From positions 1-64,000 of the forward strand of contig CAVZRV010000013.1 of the NCBI GenBank assembly GCA_963777605.1: a DNA stretch of 64,000 bases, written 5' to 3'. Both the position numbers and the translations under genes were made by a program. Shown here in pieces: positions 29,502-40,170 of this stretch (its first letter is position 1; each line of letters starts with the position of its first letter). The notes beneath the pieces are model-generated. The model did no database searches. It worked only from the letters and a program-made list of their open reading frames with translations, and had not been told where the DNA came from. This DNA comes from an uncultured Acidobacteriota bacterium. Its GTDB lineage: Bacteria > Acidobacteriota > UBA6911 > RPQK01 > JAPXNP01.

Positions 29502-30104
29502 ATGTATCGACGTTTAGCGGGTTTAATACTCTTGACCGGTCTGACGCTCGGCTTGGCGGCGTGCTCTTCGGAGCCGACGGCCGAAATAAGCGCCGCCGAA
29601 CAGGCGAAGAATCAGGCTGCGGCCACTGATGCGGACAAGTATGTCCCCGATGAATTTCAGAAGGCCCAGTCAACACTGGATCAGGCGCAGACGGCCCTGC
29701 AGGCAGAGAATGACAAGTTCTCGATGTTTCGGGATTACGATCCCATCAGGACTCAGTTGAGCCAGGCGACGCAGGAATTTAACGATGCCGGCCAGGCTGC
29801 GCAAACCAAGAAAGAGGAAGTGCAGCAGCAGGATGAGCAGGATTTGGCCGATGCAGAGCAGGCTTTGGCTTCAGCCCAGTCCGCTCTCGAGAAGGCACCG
29901 AAGGGCAAGGGAACCCAGGCCGACCTCGAAGCGATGAGTGCCGATCTGGACGCTGCCGGCACGGCCTTGGATAATGCTCGTCAACAAATGCAGGCCGGCA
30001 ATTACCTCGAATCCCAGAGCCAGATCCAGACAGCGAAAAGAAAGGCTGATTCGGTCAGTTCTCAGGTGGAGGAAGCGATCAAAGCGAGGAGCGGAAGACG
30101 GTAG
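29502..30104 (+). CDS. Helical lipoprotein (DUF4398-like)
   Basis: Lipobox LAAC, ADKYVPDEF..A motif, Ala/Gln-rich helices. Confidence 0.75.
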   Translation: MYRRLAGLILLTGLTLGLAACSSEPTAEISAAEQAKNQAAATDADKYVPDEFQKAQSTLDQAQTALQAENDKFSMFRDYDPIRTQLSQATQEFNDAGQAAQTKKEEVQQQDEQDLADAEQALASAQSALEKAPKGKGTQADLEAMSADLDAAGTALDNARQQMQAGNYLESQSQIQTAKRKADSVSSQVEEAIKARSGRR

Positions 30105-30348
30105 CTGTCGGTGAAATGGTGGGCCTTGAAGGTTGCGCCATAAGCATTGGGTGAATCCTCCATCGGCTCAGCCGAGTCTCTCGATCTCTTTACGTTTTGT
30201 TCTTCACTGCATCCGCAAGATCACTTCGGGTTGCCGTTCGTCAGCGAGCGGTAGCCCGTCGAATGTCACGGCACATCTCGTCACGGGAATATGCACCGTT
30301 TCCAATCCGCCCATTCCAGAGCAAAATCATTTTGTAGAGAAATTAACA

Positions 30349-31416
30349 GTGCGTTGGCGTCACCTTTGCTGTCTTGCTCTTCTGATTGCGCTCTCCTCGT
30401 GTCGGTCTCTGCCCGAGGATGGATTGGCACGCCTCAAGGATGTCCGGCTCCGACTGCTGTCGGCGCAAGCTGACCGCCTCACCCCTTCCGAGTACAGGGA
30501 GTTTGAACGGCGCTTCCTGGACGTCCGTGAGAACTTCGTCTATCTGGCCAATCGATGGCCGCTCTTCCGTTCGAGCCGGCGACTCGCCGAATTGGACAAT
30601 GACATTCGAGCGCTGAGCAAGACCGGCGAGGCACTCATTGATGAGGCAGGAGGAGCCAAGCGAACGAAGCTCGAGAATCTTCGCCTGGAATTATCACTGC
30701 TGGAGAATCTGCTCTCCGACAGTGGCCCGAACTCCTTTCTTCCGGATTCACGCACAGGGATGCGCGCAATTCGGTTGCAACTTGCGCGCATGAAACTTCT
30801 CATAGAACAAGGGGACGATCGTTCCGCCGAGGCGGTTCTGAACGTGCTGAAGTCCTCCGGCCAGGATATGCGGAGTCAGCTCGAGAATCTCGAGAAGCGC
30901 TATTCCAATCCGCGACTGTTGAAGAACTGGGCGCGGCTCTGCCGCAGCGCGCTCGACTGCTCCCGTTCGAACCGTGAGCCCGTGCTTCTCATTGACAAGT
31001 CCCGGCGCCGCGCGCTGTTGCTGAGACAAGGTTCGGTCGTGCGCCGGTTCTCTGTGGACCTGGGATGGAATGGACTAGTCGACAAGCGCAGTCAGGGCGA
31101 CGGCGCGACTCCCGAGGGAGAGTATTCGGTTACGAAAAGGAAGGACGGTGAACACACCCAGTTTCACCGAGCGCTGTTGTTGAGTTATCCGAACGATGCG
31201 GACAAGGCCAGTTTCGAACTCGCCGTGCAGAAGGGAACTCTTCCCCGCGGCGCTCGCGTTGGAGATATGATCGAGATACATGGGGACGGAGGGCAAGGTC
31301 AGGACTGGACGGATGGGTGCATTGCACTATCCAATAGAGAAATGGAGCTTCTCTACCGGGTTGCCTACGTAGGGATGCCCGTGTTCATTGTAGGGAAATG
31401 TCAATCACTGAAATAG
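30349..31416 (+). CDS. L,D-transpeptidase family lipoprotein
   Basis: LSSC lipobox, GDGATPEGEY, LSYPN and IEIHG...WTDGCIAL. Confidence 0.88.
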   Translation: MRWRHLCCLALLIALSSCRSLPEDGLARLKDVRLRLLSAQADRLTPSEYREFERRFLDVRENFVYLANRWPLFRSSRRLAELDNDIRALSKTGEALIDEAGGAKRTKLENLRLELSLLENLLSDSGPNSFLPDSRTGMRAIRLQLARMKLLIEQGDDRSAEAVLNVLKSSGQDMRSQLENLEKRYSNPRLLKNWARLCRSALDCSRSNREPVLLIDKSRRRALLLRQGSVVRRFSVDLGWNGLVDKRSQGDGATPEGEYSVTKRKDGEHTQFHRALLLSYPNDADKASFELAVQKGTLPRGARVGDMIEIHGDGGQGQDWTDGCIALSNREMELLYRVAYVGMPVFIVGKCQSLK

Positions 31417-32033
31417 CCTCGGTTTCGGAGCACCGGCGGCGGTGGCCGACTTTCTTCTTGATCTGGTTCACTCTGATCGGACTCGTATTGCTCGGCGCGG
31501 TGACGATCCAGATCGTGCGCATCCCCTCTCCGGCCGTGGACGCAGACGCGCTCCCTCCGGTTGAGAAACTCGAGCATCAGATTTCCGCCGGACGGGCGCG
31601 GGGAATGTTCGTGCTCATTGACACTGCCAGTAACCGACTCTATCTCCGCCGGGGAGAGAAGGTTCTGCTGGAGGCGGTCTGTTCAACCGGGAGCGGCATT
31701 CAGCTCGTTGCCGGTGATAAACACTGGACTTTCCGCACTCCGAGCGGGGGGTTTCGGATCGTCAGCAAGACCCGAAATCCCTGGTGGCGTAAGCCGGACT
31801 GGGCCTATCTCGAGGAGGGAGAACCCGTTCCCAAGAGGGAGAGTGACCGCTTCGAACGAGGCGTCCTGGGAGCTTATGCACTGGGTATCGGGAACGGTTA
31901 CTTTATTCACGGCACACTGTACACGCGGCTGCTTGGAACGAACGTGACTCACGGATGCATACGGCTGGGTGCCAAAGAACTCGCTTATCTGGCCCGAACG
32001 GCTCCAATCGGGACGCCCGTCTTCATCTTCTGA
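31398..32033 (+). CDS. L,D-transpeptidase (YkuD family)
   Basis: CSTG, F.TP.G, KTRNPWW and IHGT...THGCIRL. Confidence 0.9.
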   Translation: MSITEIASVSEHRRRWPTFFLIWFTLIGLVLLGAVTIQIVRIPSPAVDADALPPVEKLEHQISAGRARGMFVLIDTASNRLYLRRGEKVLLEAVCSTGSGIQLVAGDKHWTFRTPSGGFRIVSKTRNPWWRKPDWAYLEEGEPVPKRESDRFERGVLGAYALGIGNGYFIHGTLYTRLLGTNVTHGCIRLGAKELAYLARTAPIGTPVFIF

Positions 32034-32046
32034 TCTGATAGGTGTA

Positions 32047-32640
32047 ATGCGATTTGCCATAGGCCTTCTGATGCTGGGTATCTTCTCCGCTGCGGCTGAG
32101 CAGGGTCCTGACGCGTCTCGACTGGCGGCCCGCCTCGAGCTTCTGCGCCGCGGCGGCGTGTATCTCGAAAGTACCGAGAACGCCCTCGAGGTCTATGCCG
32201 GCGGATGGAAGGTTCGGCGGTTTCCGGCTCGGATCCTCGAAGTCTCCCGGGGCAAGGCGACCGGCGTGTCGCAAGTCGAGGAGCTCATGCCTCTGGACCC
32301 CACTCCGACTGCGATCATCGACAGTGAAAAGATCGCATCGGAATCGGGCAACACCGATTCCGATGTTTCGACGCTCGACCAGATCATCGGTGTCGACAAG
32401 ATGCCGGAGACTTATTTGGCATACTTCGACGACGGGTCGATCTGGGTCGTCAATCCGGGCGAATGGATCGGACTCTCCCGGCTCTGGCGGAAGGGCGAGC
32501 TGCAATTCCGGATGGCCCGATATCTGTTTCGACGGGCCGTCGATCTGGAGGGCTTCAAGATCTCTTTTCTCTCGATGGATCCGGAATCCGCGCAGCATCT
32601 CTACTGGATCCTCGAGGAGCGGATACCGGTCGTCCAATGA
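32047..32640 (+). CDS. Hypothetical exported protein in the L,D-transpeptidase operon
   Basis: Signal peptide and operon position; no HxxxC catalytic motif seen. Confidence 0.55.
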   Translation: MRFAIGLLMLGIFSAAAEQGPDASRLAARLELLRRGGVYLESTENALEVYAGGWKVRRFPARILEVSRGKATGVSQVEELMPLDPTPTAIIDSEKIASESGNTDSDVSTLDQIIGVDKMPETYLAYFDDGSIWVVNPGEWIGLSRLWRKGELQFRMARYLFRRAVDLEGFKISFLSMDPESAQHLYWILEERIPVVQ

Positions 32641-32889
32641 GGCGGCAGCTGAACCGCGCAATCCCCAGCACAATCCTTAACAGCATGGTAGCGTGGAAGT
32701 CAGGGTTGGGTCATCCGAGTGCCCCTGTTCGAACGGCCCGCCCCCACTTCTGCCGTGATCAACAAACGTGCCACGAGTCGCCCGGACTTCTTGTCGGAAC
32801 GTCGTGTCATATTTCCGGGTGGGGCCTTTCGCTTAATCAGAAGGTGGATCAGCGCGGATCGGTCGCTTTGCAATCGTTGAAATCCAACT

Positions 32890-33306
32890 CTAAGAACGTT
32901 TCTTAATGAGTTCCAGGATCCCTTCCTCGTCGAGGATCGGGATTCCTCGCTCTTCCGCTTCGGCCCGCTTCGATCCGGCTCCGGCTCCGGCGACCAGGTA
33001 ATCGGTGTTGCCGCTCACGCTCTGAAACGGTCCGCTCTCCCCCACCTCATGGATCGCAGAGAGATCCTGATGCGTAGGACCCATCAGATCATCCAGGATC
33101 TCCTCGATTTTCTCAGCCATTCCTTTGCCGATATTGGGGAGATCAGTCAAATCCCGGCTGTCGGCGATCTCTTCGATCCTTTCTGAAGAGTCGCGCACCG
33201 TGCGTGCCGCGGAGCGATAGGAACGGATTCGAAACTCATTTCCGCCTTCCAAGTCGATCAAGTCGGCGATTTCATCGAAGATGTCGGCAATCTGTGTGTT
33301 CTCCAT
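32890..33306 (-). pseudogene. Chimera of a PolX N-terminal HhH domain and a LigA-type BRCT tail
   Basis: [16 protein letters not shown]...[13 protein letters not shown]...[12 protein letters not shown] (PolX) followed by [17 protein letters not shown]...A...GIPILDEE (BRCT). Confidence 0.8.
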
Positions 33307-33819
33307 CGGTGGGCACTTCCATTGTCGGGACGAGCCGAGCGAACGTAAGATTCAGGAAACCAGTCTATGATCAAAATATCACTGAGATCAAAATGAACAA
33401 CCTGATTCCAAATGACATGCGGACCTCCCTTCTTCGTTGTTTCTGTTTGTCCGCCTCGAGTGAATCAGCTGTAGCGTCGGCTCTAAACACAGGAATTTTC
33501 TCGTATTCCACCCAGCCGAGAGTTTTCAATTAGGATAGGTCAAAGGAGCGGTCTGATCCCAACTGAACTTCTGGCACAGAGATGTATCGAACCGCTCAGG
33601 AAAAGGAGTCCCATCGCCACCATCATGTTCCCTCGAATTGTTCGTTTTCTTGGGCTTCTATAGACTGTGTCTCACCCAGAATGGATCACGGGCTTGCCGC
33701 ATGAGATTCTCAACGCTGCTGAAACGATCCGGTGCTTTCTGGGGCGTTAGGAAGCCTGGCCAATGAAAAGAATGCCGCGGTCCACTGTCCTTCATTTTCG
33801 AAGATGAGGTAAAGAATCG

Positions 33820-34893
33820 ATGCCTGGATTCGTCCCATCAACCCCGCCTGGAGCAGAAACTGGATCTTCCTTCGGGGACCGATTTCGATATTTCTGGGGG
33901 CGGCACAGGACGCTTTTCTGGAACCTCCATTCAATTTGGGCTCTGTTCGGCGGAGGGGCAGTCATCTTCCTCGCAGATGAGCGATATGGTTTCGTTCCCT
34001 GGGTCATTCTTTTCCTAATATTGACCTGGGTCTCCACTCTCTTGTTCTGCAGAGCCATCCTGCCCGAAAAAGGTTCGTCCAATCAGGCGGAACCACCGGC
34101 GTTGCACGAGGAGGTAGCATCTTATCTGACACGGGTCATGTACCAGGGAACGCTCTTCTTCCTTCTGCCCTTCTATTGGTATTCGACCGTGATCGGGTCG
34201 CTCAATCTCTCTTTTTCTATTTTGCTGGCGGGATTGGCGATTGTCTCGTGTATCGACCTGATCTTTGACCGATGGCTTCGGACTTACCCCTGGTTCGGGC
34301 TTGTCTATTTCTCGACTGTCACGTTTGCCGCCATCAACTTGTTGCTTCCCCTCCTGTTTCCGATCGGCCCGGCTGTAGCCACTCCGCTTGCCGGCCTTGT
34401 CGCTGTGGCCAGCGCCATCCCTCTAGCCATTCGTGGCTCGCAGACCGGTCGTTCAAATAAGCTCTGGTTCGCGTTACTGGTTGGATGGTTCCTTCTCCTC
34501 GTGGTCGCCTTTCCCCGGTTGGTTCCTCCCGTACCCCTGAGGCTGGAGCGTGCGACCTTTACCTCGGACATCGACAGAGAGACGCTGGTCGCGGCCGACA
34601 GGTTGACGCTCAACGTGAAATCGGCAGAGCTGCGAGGTGCGATTTACGTCCTGGCCGAGGTCTTCGCGCCTTCGGCGCTCCCCGCGAGTGTCAGTTTGGA
34701 GTGGAATCGAGACGGAGAGGAGATTCGCACTTCTCGAGAAATCGAGATCACCGCGCACGCACTGGGGTTCCGGATCTGGGATGGCTACCATTCAGCAAGT
34801 GGCAAAATTCCCCCAGGCGAGTATGAAGTGACTTTTCGTACCGACGGACAGAGGTGTTTTGGCGTGGCTCAAATTCTGGTCAGCGCTGATTGA
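33820..34893 (+). CDS. Membrane protein with DUF2914-like C-terminal domain
   Basis: Multiple TM segments, LFFLLPFYW.S, VPPVPLRL and VFAP...W...GFRIW...PG.Y.V. Confidence 0.7.
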   Translation: MPGFVPSTPPGAETGSSFGDRFRYFWGRHRTLFWNLHSIWALFGGGAVIFLADERYGFVPWVILFLILTWVSTLLFCRAILPEKGSSNQAEPPALHEEVASYLTRVMYQGTLFFLLPFYWYSTVIGSLNLSFSILLAGLAIVSCIDLIFDRWLRTYPWFGLVYFSTVTFAAINLLLPLLFPIGPAVATPLAGLVAVASAIPLAIRGSQTGRSNKLWFALLVGWFLLLVVAFPRLVPPVPLRLERATFTSDIDRETLVAADRLTLNVKSAELRGAIYVLAEVFAPSALPASVSLEWNRDGEEIRTSREIEITAHALGFRIWDGYHSASGKIPPGEYEVTFRTDGQRCFGVAQILVSAD

Positions 34894-34979
34894 TAACGGG
34901 AGCCGCAGCCAAACCTTGAGGGCTGAGCTTTCTTGTCGGAGTATAGGTTTTCTTTTCCTGCATCCTCATCCAATCTTTA

Positions 34980-35678
34980 CTAAGCCATTCCATGTTTCCA
35001 TTTGATAGAAACTAACCACCAATTCATAGGATATGTAAATATTGTTCCAACGATTAATCCTAATGAACCGAAGCCCCAAAATGAAGCTTCAGAGGGAAGG
35101 GGGATATGACCAACGACACTCGGAGTAACAAATTTCATCACCAGTCTCATACCAAGCATAACTGTCATCATTGAAAAAACTTCCGCCCTTCCTCCTTTCC
35201 ATAAGGACATTAAAGGTGAATTTCCCATATCTCCCATAGCAATATATTGGAAGATAAACCACCCAAAGGAAAATCCTACAGCATATTCAAACCAGAATTC
35301 TGTCCAGAATTCAAGGCCAATAATTCTAGATATTACCATCGCGGTCATTATTCCAAGACCATCACCGCCGACACAATGCATAACGGAGCCGAAAACTTTT
35401 TTCCATTTTTTATTAACATAATTATGATGGACTTCTTTCTTGGCCTCATTTTGATAATTTCCAATATTTGGAGGACGACAGGTTACTTTGTACAGGAGCA
35501 GTCCTAAAATGGAAAAAAATATGATAATGATTATCCAGCCGAATTTTAATGCTGTGTTAACTTCAGTATTTATTTTGAGCACATCATAGGTCACCACTAA
35601 TGCCCCGAAAATTCCAATAGAATACCACGTTATTACAAACGCATTGGATGTTAAGAATTCTAAAAATGAAAAATCCAT
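34980..35678 (-). CDS. DUF4396-family membrane protein (AT-rich)
   Basis: HCVGGDGLG, FGWFIFQ, MMTVMLGM and YPMNWWLV...KHGM. Confidence 0.8.
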   Translation of the reverse strand: MDFSFLEFLTSNAFVITWYSIGIFGALVVTYDVLKINTEVNTALKFGWIIIIIFFSILGLLLYKVTCRPPNIGNYQNEAKKEVHHNYVNKKWKKVFGSVMHCVGGDGLGIMTAMVISRIIGLEFWTEFWFEYAVGFSFGWFIFQYIAMGDMGNSPLMSLWKGGRAEVFSMMTVMLGMRLVMKFVTPSVVGHIPLPSEASFWGFGSLGLIVGTIFTYPMNWWLVSIKWKHGMA

Positions 35679-35690
35679 AATATTATCTTC

Positions 35691-36059
35691 TTAACTCTTC
35701 CCCTTCAGAATCCCGGCCGAAGCGGGAACCCATCCGCCGTGGCAGATGAAGGCGACGATACCGCCTTGCTCGTTGACGTTTCGGACGAGTTCCACGAACG
35801 GCGGATGACGACGCATGTGGTCCGGAGAGTAGCCCCCCGGAATGATGACCGCATCGACCTTAGCCGGGTCCACGGAAGCCACGGAGACGTCCGCCGTAAC
35901 GGGATACCCGTGCTTGCTCTCGTAGACGTCCCCTTTACTTTTCCCGGCAACCACGACCGATGCGCCCGCCTCTTTCAAGCGGAGCAGGGGATACCAGAGT
36001 TCGAGGTCTTCATAGATTTTCTCTGCCAGAATGACCACGCGTTTATTGAGTTATTCCAT
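35691..36059 (-). pseudogene. PfpI/DJ-1 family protein, truncated
   Basis: YEDLELWYP, IPGGYSPD and ICHGGW. There is an in-frame TAA at codon 3, and the C-terminus is cut at the AT-rich segment. Confidence 0.85.
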
Positions 36060-36086
36060 TTTTCCAACTTCCTTTTCGGTTTGAGT

Positions 36087-37185
36087 TCACCTCTCGCTGC
36101 TCCTCCTGCTGGCCCAGTTCATCAGGCTTCCCTCGCGAATGATCTCGATCTGCCGAGAGGAGAGCTGGTGTCGGACCGGAAGGGTTACATCGCGTCCGAC
36201 AATCCGTAGACTGAGCATTTCCTTGCGATTCAGGTGATCGAGTCCGGCCAACTCGAGATGGTCGTCCGCCTCGATCTGGTCATAATCCTCGGGGTGTTCG
36301 AAGCTCAGGGGTAGAATGCCGAAGTTCACCAGGTTCTGCTCGTGAATCCGGGCAAAGCTCTTGGCGATGACCGCCCGAAGACCGAGGTAACGGGGCGCCA
36401 GGGCTGCATGCTCCCGGCTTGATCCCTGCCCATAGTTCCGGCCCGCAATAATGATGTGATCTCCCGTCACCCTCCCTGCGCTGCTGCTTCAGGTACCGTC
36501 GCACTTCTTCGTCCGAAGGGAAAACCGTGCTGGTTGCACCCAGTTCGGTCCCCATGTTGGCGATGACGTGGCGATCCATCGCGGAAAGCGCCTCGAGGCC
36601 CGGCCCATGGTATTCGATAACACACTGGACCGCACCCGCCACGCCGTGCCGCCGCAGCATCTCCAGAATCACGTCCTTGGCACTGACCCAGTCCGGCAAT
36701 CGACCCGTGAGGCGCACACCGAAGACGCGGGGCATCTTCAGGGAAAAGGGATGGCCGGCCATGGCCATCGCAACCTCCAGGCCGCCCGCCCCCATTGCGA
36801 GCATGCCCAGTGCTCCAGCCGCCGGAGTGTGACTGTCCGAGCCCAGCAGGGTCTTCCCGGGGGCTCCAAATCGCTGCTGGTGTACAGGGTGGCTGACTCC
36901 GTTGCCCGGTCCGCTGAACCAGAGCCCGTATTTTCGTGCCGCGCTCAGCAAAAAGCGGTGGTCATCAGGGTTTTTGTTGTCTTCCTGGAGGAGGTTGTGG
37001 TCCACGTACTGAACCGAACACTCGGTTTGGACACGTGTCACGCCCATGGCTTCGAGTTCGAGCATGACCAACGTGCCGGTTGCGTCCTGGGTGAGGGTCT
37101 GATCGATCTTCAGCGCGATCTCTTCTCCGGCCTCCTTCCGGCCTTCGACGAGGTGAGACGAAATGAGCTTCTCCGCTACGTTCAT
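36087..37185 (-). pseudogene. Aconitate hydratase with large internal deletion
   Basis: DQTLTQDATG, VDHN, GSDSHT and NMGTELGA, then the swivel domain NYGQGSSREHAA, SFARIH..NL.NFG in another frame. The central Cys-ligand region is absent. Confidence 0.85.
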
Positions 37186-37622
37186 GATGTCCTCACGTGT
37201 GGGTCAGGAGGATGTTGACCCGGTCTTCAGAGGAGCCGACTCCGCATGAGCGTCACACCAGGCAATCAATCTGGACGGCGCCGTCATGCCGGGGGGAGTT
37301 ACGGACAGCCTCGATATCTAAACCCTGCATTCACCATATGCCACGGGCAGGGTGCTTTCAAATCGCCTGGCATACTAATACCTCATGCAAAAACCCCGAG
37401 ATCCTGGAAACGGGCACCTGCAACCCAGGCGTTCCATTCAGGGCAATTGAAGCCTTCACTGACCACTTGCGCTGAGATACGCTCTCTCCCCAGTTAGCCG
37501 GTCTGAGAGATGACGGATCGATTTTGGAGTTCTCCTCCTCCGATGAAGATGTGATTGTCGCCCCAGAGAGATTCCTGGCCCGCGCGAAATCCCGCCCACG
37601 AGATCAGAAGAGAAAATGGTAG

Positions 37623-37961
37623 TCAATCGAGTGGGGGCGCGGCCTGGAGTTTGATCGTTACGCTGTCCTGCCGTTCTACGGCTTCGACGATGATCAGGGT
37701 AATCTCTTCAGCCGCGTTCTCTTCGATTCGAAGATCGGCAATCCCGCGGTCCTGCATTTCCGGGGTAAGAGGTGCATTGAACCGCTCGTACGTGCCGTGC
37801 TGCTGTTCTCCGCGGACGGCTTCCTTGGCCAGGAACTCTTCCTCGAATACGGATGTAGTCGATGTCCCGTCATTAAACTGCAGAGTGACCTCTGCGCCGT
37901 CCATGCAAATCTCGGTCAGGCCAAACTTGTTCTCTGGAATAACATCTGAAGTGCAGTGCAT
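37623..37961 (-). CDS. Hypothetical protein
   Basis: Open ORF after an AAGGA RBS, directly downstream of the ftsH fragment. Confidence 0.4.
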   Translation of the reverse strand: MHCTSDVIPENKFGLTEICMDGAEVTLQFNDGTSTTSVFEEEFLAKEAVRGEQQHGTYERFNAPLTPEMQDRGIADLRIEENAAEEITLIIVEAVERQDSVTIKLQAAPPLD

Positions 37962-37980
37962 AAGTTCCTTATCCGGTTGA

Positions 37981-38550
37981 TCAGGCCGATCGTCGGTTTT
38001 CTCGCTTCCCGTCGTGCCTTTTGTCGAGCAGAGAGATCACCCAATTGCCGCTGACCTCTTCGTCACGGAGCAGCTGGTCCGCGAGTTCATCCAGAGTTTT
38101 CTGGTTCTCCTGCAGAACCATGGTTGCTCGCTCGAAGGCATCGTTGAGTATTCTAAACACCACGCGGTCAATCTCCTTCGCGGTCTGTTCGCTGTATTTG
38201 CGCCGATGCGCAATCTCTTCGCCGAGAAAGACCTGCTGCTTTTCGTCGCCATATGAGACGTTCGGCAGTTCGTCGCTCATTCCCCAGTCGATCACCATTT
38301 TGCGGGCAAGTTGGGTGGCCTTCTTGAGGTCATCCTCCGCACCCGTTGAAATGGTCTCGAAATGGAGCTTTTCAGCAGCCCGCCCACCCAACAGGACGAC
38401 CAGCCTGTTGAGAAGCTCAGCCTTCTGGTAAACATACCTTTCGTTTTCGGGGTACTGGTCGCGCCCATCGCCCGTCCCCGGGGGATGATGCTGACCTTCT
38501 GAAGGACGTCCCCGTCAAGCAGCGCGCCGGCAGTAATAGCGTGTCCCCCG
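37981..38550 (-). pseudogene. ftsH: FtsH C-terminal (peptidase M41) fragment
   Basis: KVSIIPRGR, LGGRAAE, STGAEDDL.KAT.LAR.MV..WGMS and YSEQTAKEID. The AAA domain is absent. Confidence 0.88.
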
Positions 38551-38594
38551 CGTTCTAGATGGGTGGAGTCGCCAATTGTAAGGCTGTGAATTAA

Positions 38595-39326
38595 TCAGCG
38601 AACAGGCACGAGCGGGTCGAGCTTCCAGGACTCGAAACTCCGCAATCCCTCACGAAAGGGCGCTTTTCGGCCGGACTGGCGGTGGAACTCCAGTATCTGC
38701 CCCATGGCTTCAGGGTCGAACTGTGACTTATATTGGGATATCGCCCTGACTGACTGGGCCAACTCCCCGGCGGAAACTTCGATAACCGTATCAATGAACC
38801 GGTCGGCTACCCAGGCAAGCTGGCGCCCCGAGATGTCCAGGAGTTTCTGTGCCATTGTCCGCGTAAAAGCGAGGTAGAAAAGGCGAATCTTCTGCTCCGT
38901 TTCCCTCTGGAGCAACTCCGTGACGAGGCAACTGACCGCACGGTGATCCGGATGCCCAGTGATCCCATCGGGACCGAAAGTCAGAACCACATCCGGCCGT
39001 CGGTTTTGAAGAACGCCATGGAGTTGCTCCTTCAACTCGGCCTGCTGGGATCCAAGGAGTTCCTGGTCTACGAAATCAAGAATCGTTGGAGGCTCGATCT
39101 TCAGAATCTCACACGCCCGGTGAAGTTCCTGTTTTCGAATCCGCGCCAACTCAGAGGGATCGGAGACGCCTACATGAGATCGAAACCCTTTCTGCCCGGC
39201 GGTTGCACACACAAGGTGCACTTCGACGCCCCGCGCCGCATAGTGAGTGAGGACCGCACCCAATCCCATGTCGTCGTCGGGATGGGCCGTAATGGCCAGC
39301 ATCTTCTTTCCCTGCAGTGAAGTCAC
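38595..39326 (-). CDS. PIG-L family deacetylase
   Basis: AHPDD, TAG.KG, R..EL..A, TFGPDGITGHPDH and Y.SQF; GGAGG RBS. Confidence 0.88.
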   Translation of the reverse strand: MTSLQGKKMLAITAHPDDDMGLGAVLTHYAARGVEVHLVCATAGQKGFRSHVGVSDPSELARIRKQELHRACEILKIEPPTILDFVDQELLGSQQAELKEQLHGVLQNRRPDVVLTFGPDGITGHPDHRAVSCLVTELLQRETEQKIRLFYLAFTRTMAQKLLDISGRQLAWVADRFIDTVIEVSAGELAQSVRAISQYKSQFDPEAMGQILEFHRQSGRKAPFREGLRSFESWKLDPLVPVR

Positions 39327-39549
39327 CTGTATTACCTCCCTGAAATCACTATACCCAATCTCAGTGAGCCAAGGTCCCGGCGGGCAGCTTTCGGCCGCTG
39401 AGGACGAATCCCATCTCATTGAGATAGTGCTCCTTTCGCAACTCACCGAGCCGAGCTTGGAGGACCCTCCTTCCGCGTGCCCATTTTGCCTGCAACCTGG
39501 CATCATCCAGATCTTAGAGCGTGTCGATGCCGGCCTGTCTCAAGGCCTG

Positions 39550-39765
39550 ACCGTACAAGGGTAGAGATCAACAAGCCTCCGGTGACGACGGTCGCCAAGG
39601 GGCGTTGCACTTCGGCCCCGGCACTGGTGTGGCCAGTGCCATTGGAGCAAATCCCGGACTGGCGACGAGAGCGGTCATCAGGACCGGGCGCAACCGTACC
39701 GATGCCCCTCTATCGGGCGCCTCATCAATCGATGCTCCCTCGCTGCGAATCTGGTTGACCTTGAA
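39550..39765 (-). pseudogene. CusA/CzcA heavy-metal RND pump C-terminal fragment
   Basis: RLRPVLMTALVAS.GF.PMALAT and, in a shifted frame, EVQRPLATVVTGGL. Confidence 0.8.
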
Positions 39766-40170
39766 CGGGGGGCTGCCGCTCCATGATTGCCCGCGCGCAA
39801 TACGGCCGCGATCTGCACCAACTGCTGGGTGGCCAAGGTCTCGATCGAATGCCGAACGTAGCGTTCGTCCCGCTCGTCTCTCAGACACGAAGCAAAGCTG
39901 CGGCTCAGACCGTGACTCGTACGGCCGGACCCGGTTGTCCATTTTGACTGCAATAAAGTGGCTAAAACCTGCCAGGAAAGAATGGCGGCTTTGACTCCAG
40001 TCTGGTAGGATTCATTGCAATTTCACCCGCATTCTCTCCTGTCGCATTCGCGTCGATTGAAATATGAGTGGGAGGTTTGGGCGAGCAATTGCCCGTTCAT
40101 TACCCTTGATATACAGGTTTTCCGAGGTCAGCTGACAAGATGAATAGGAGCGCGAGATTAGGAGAATTAT

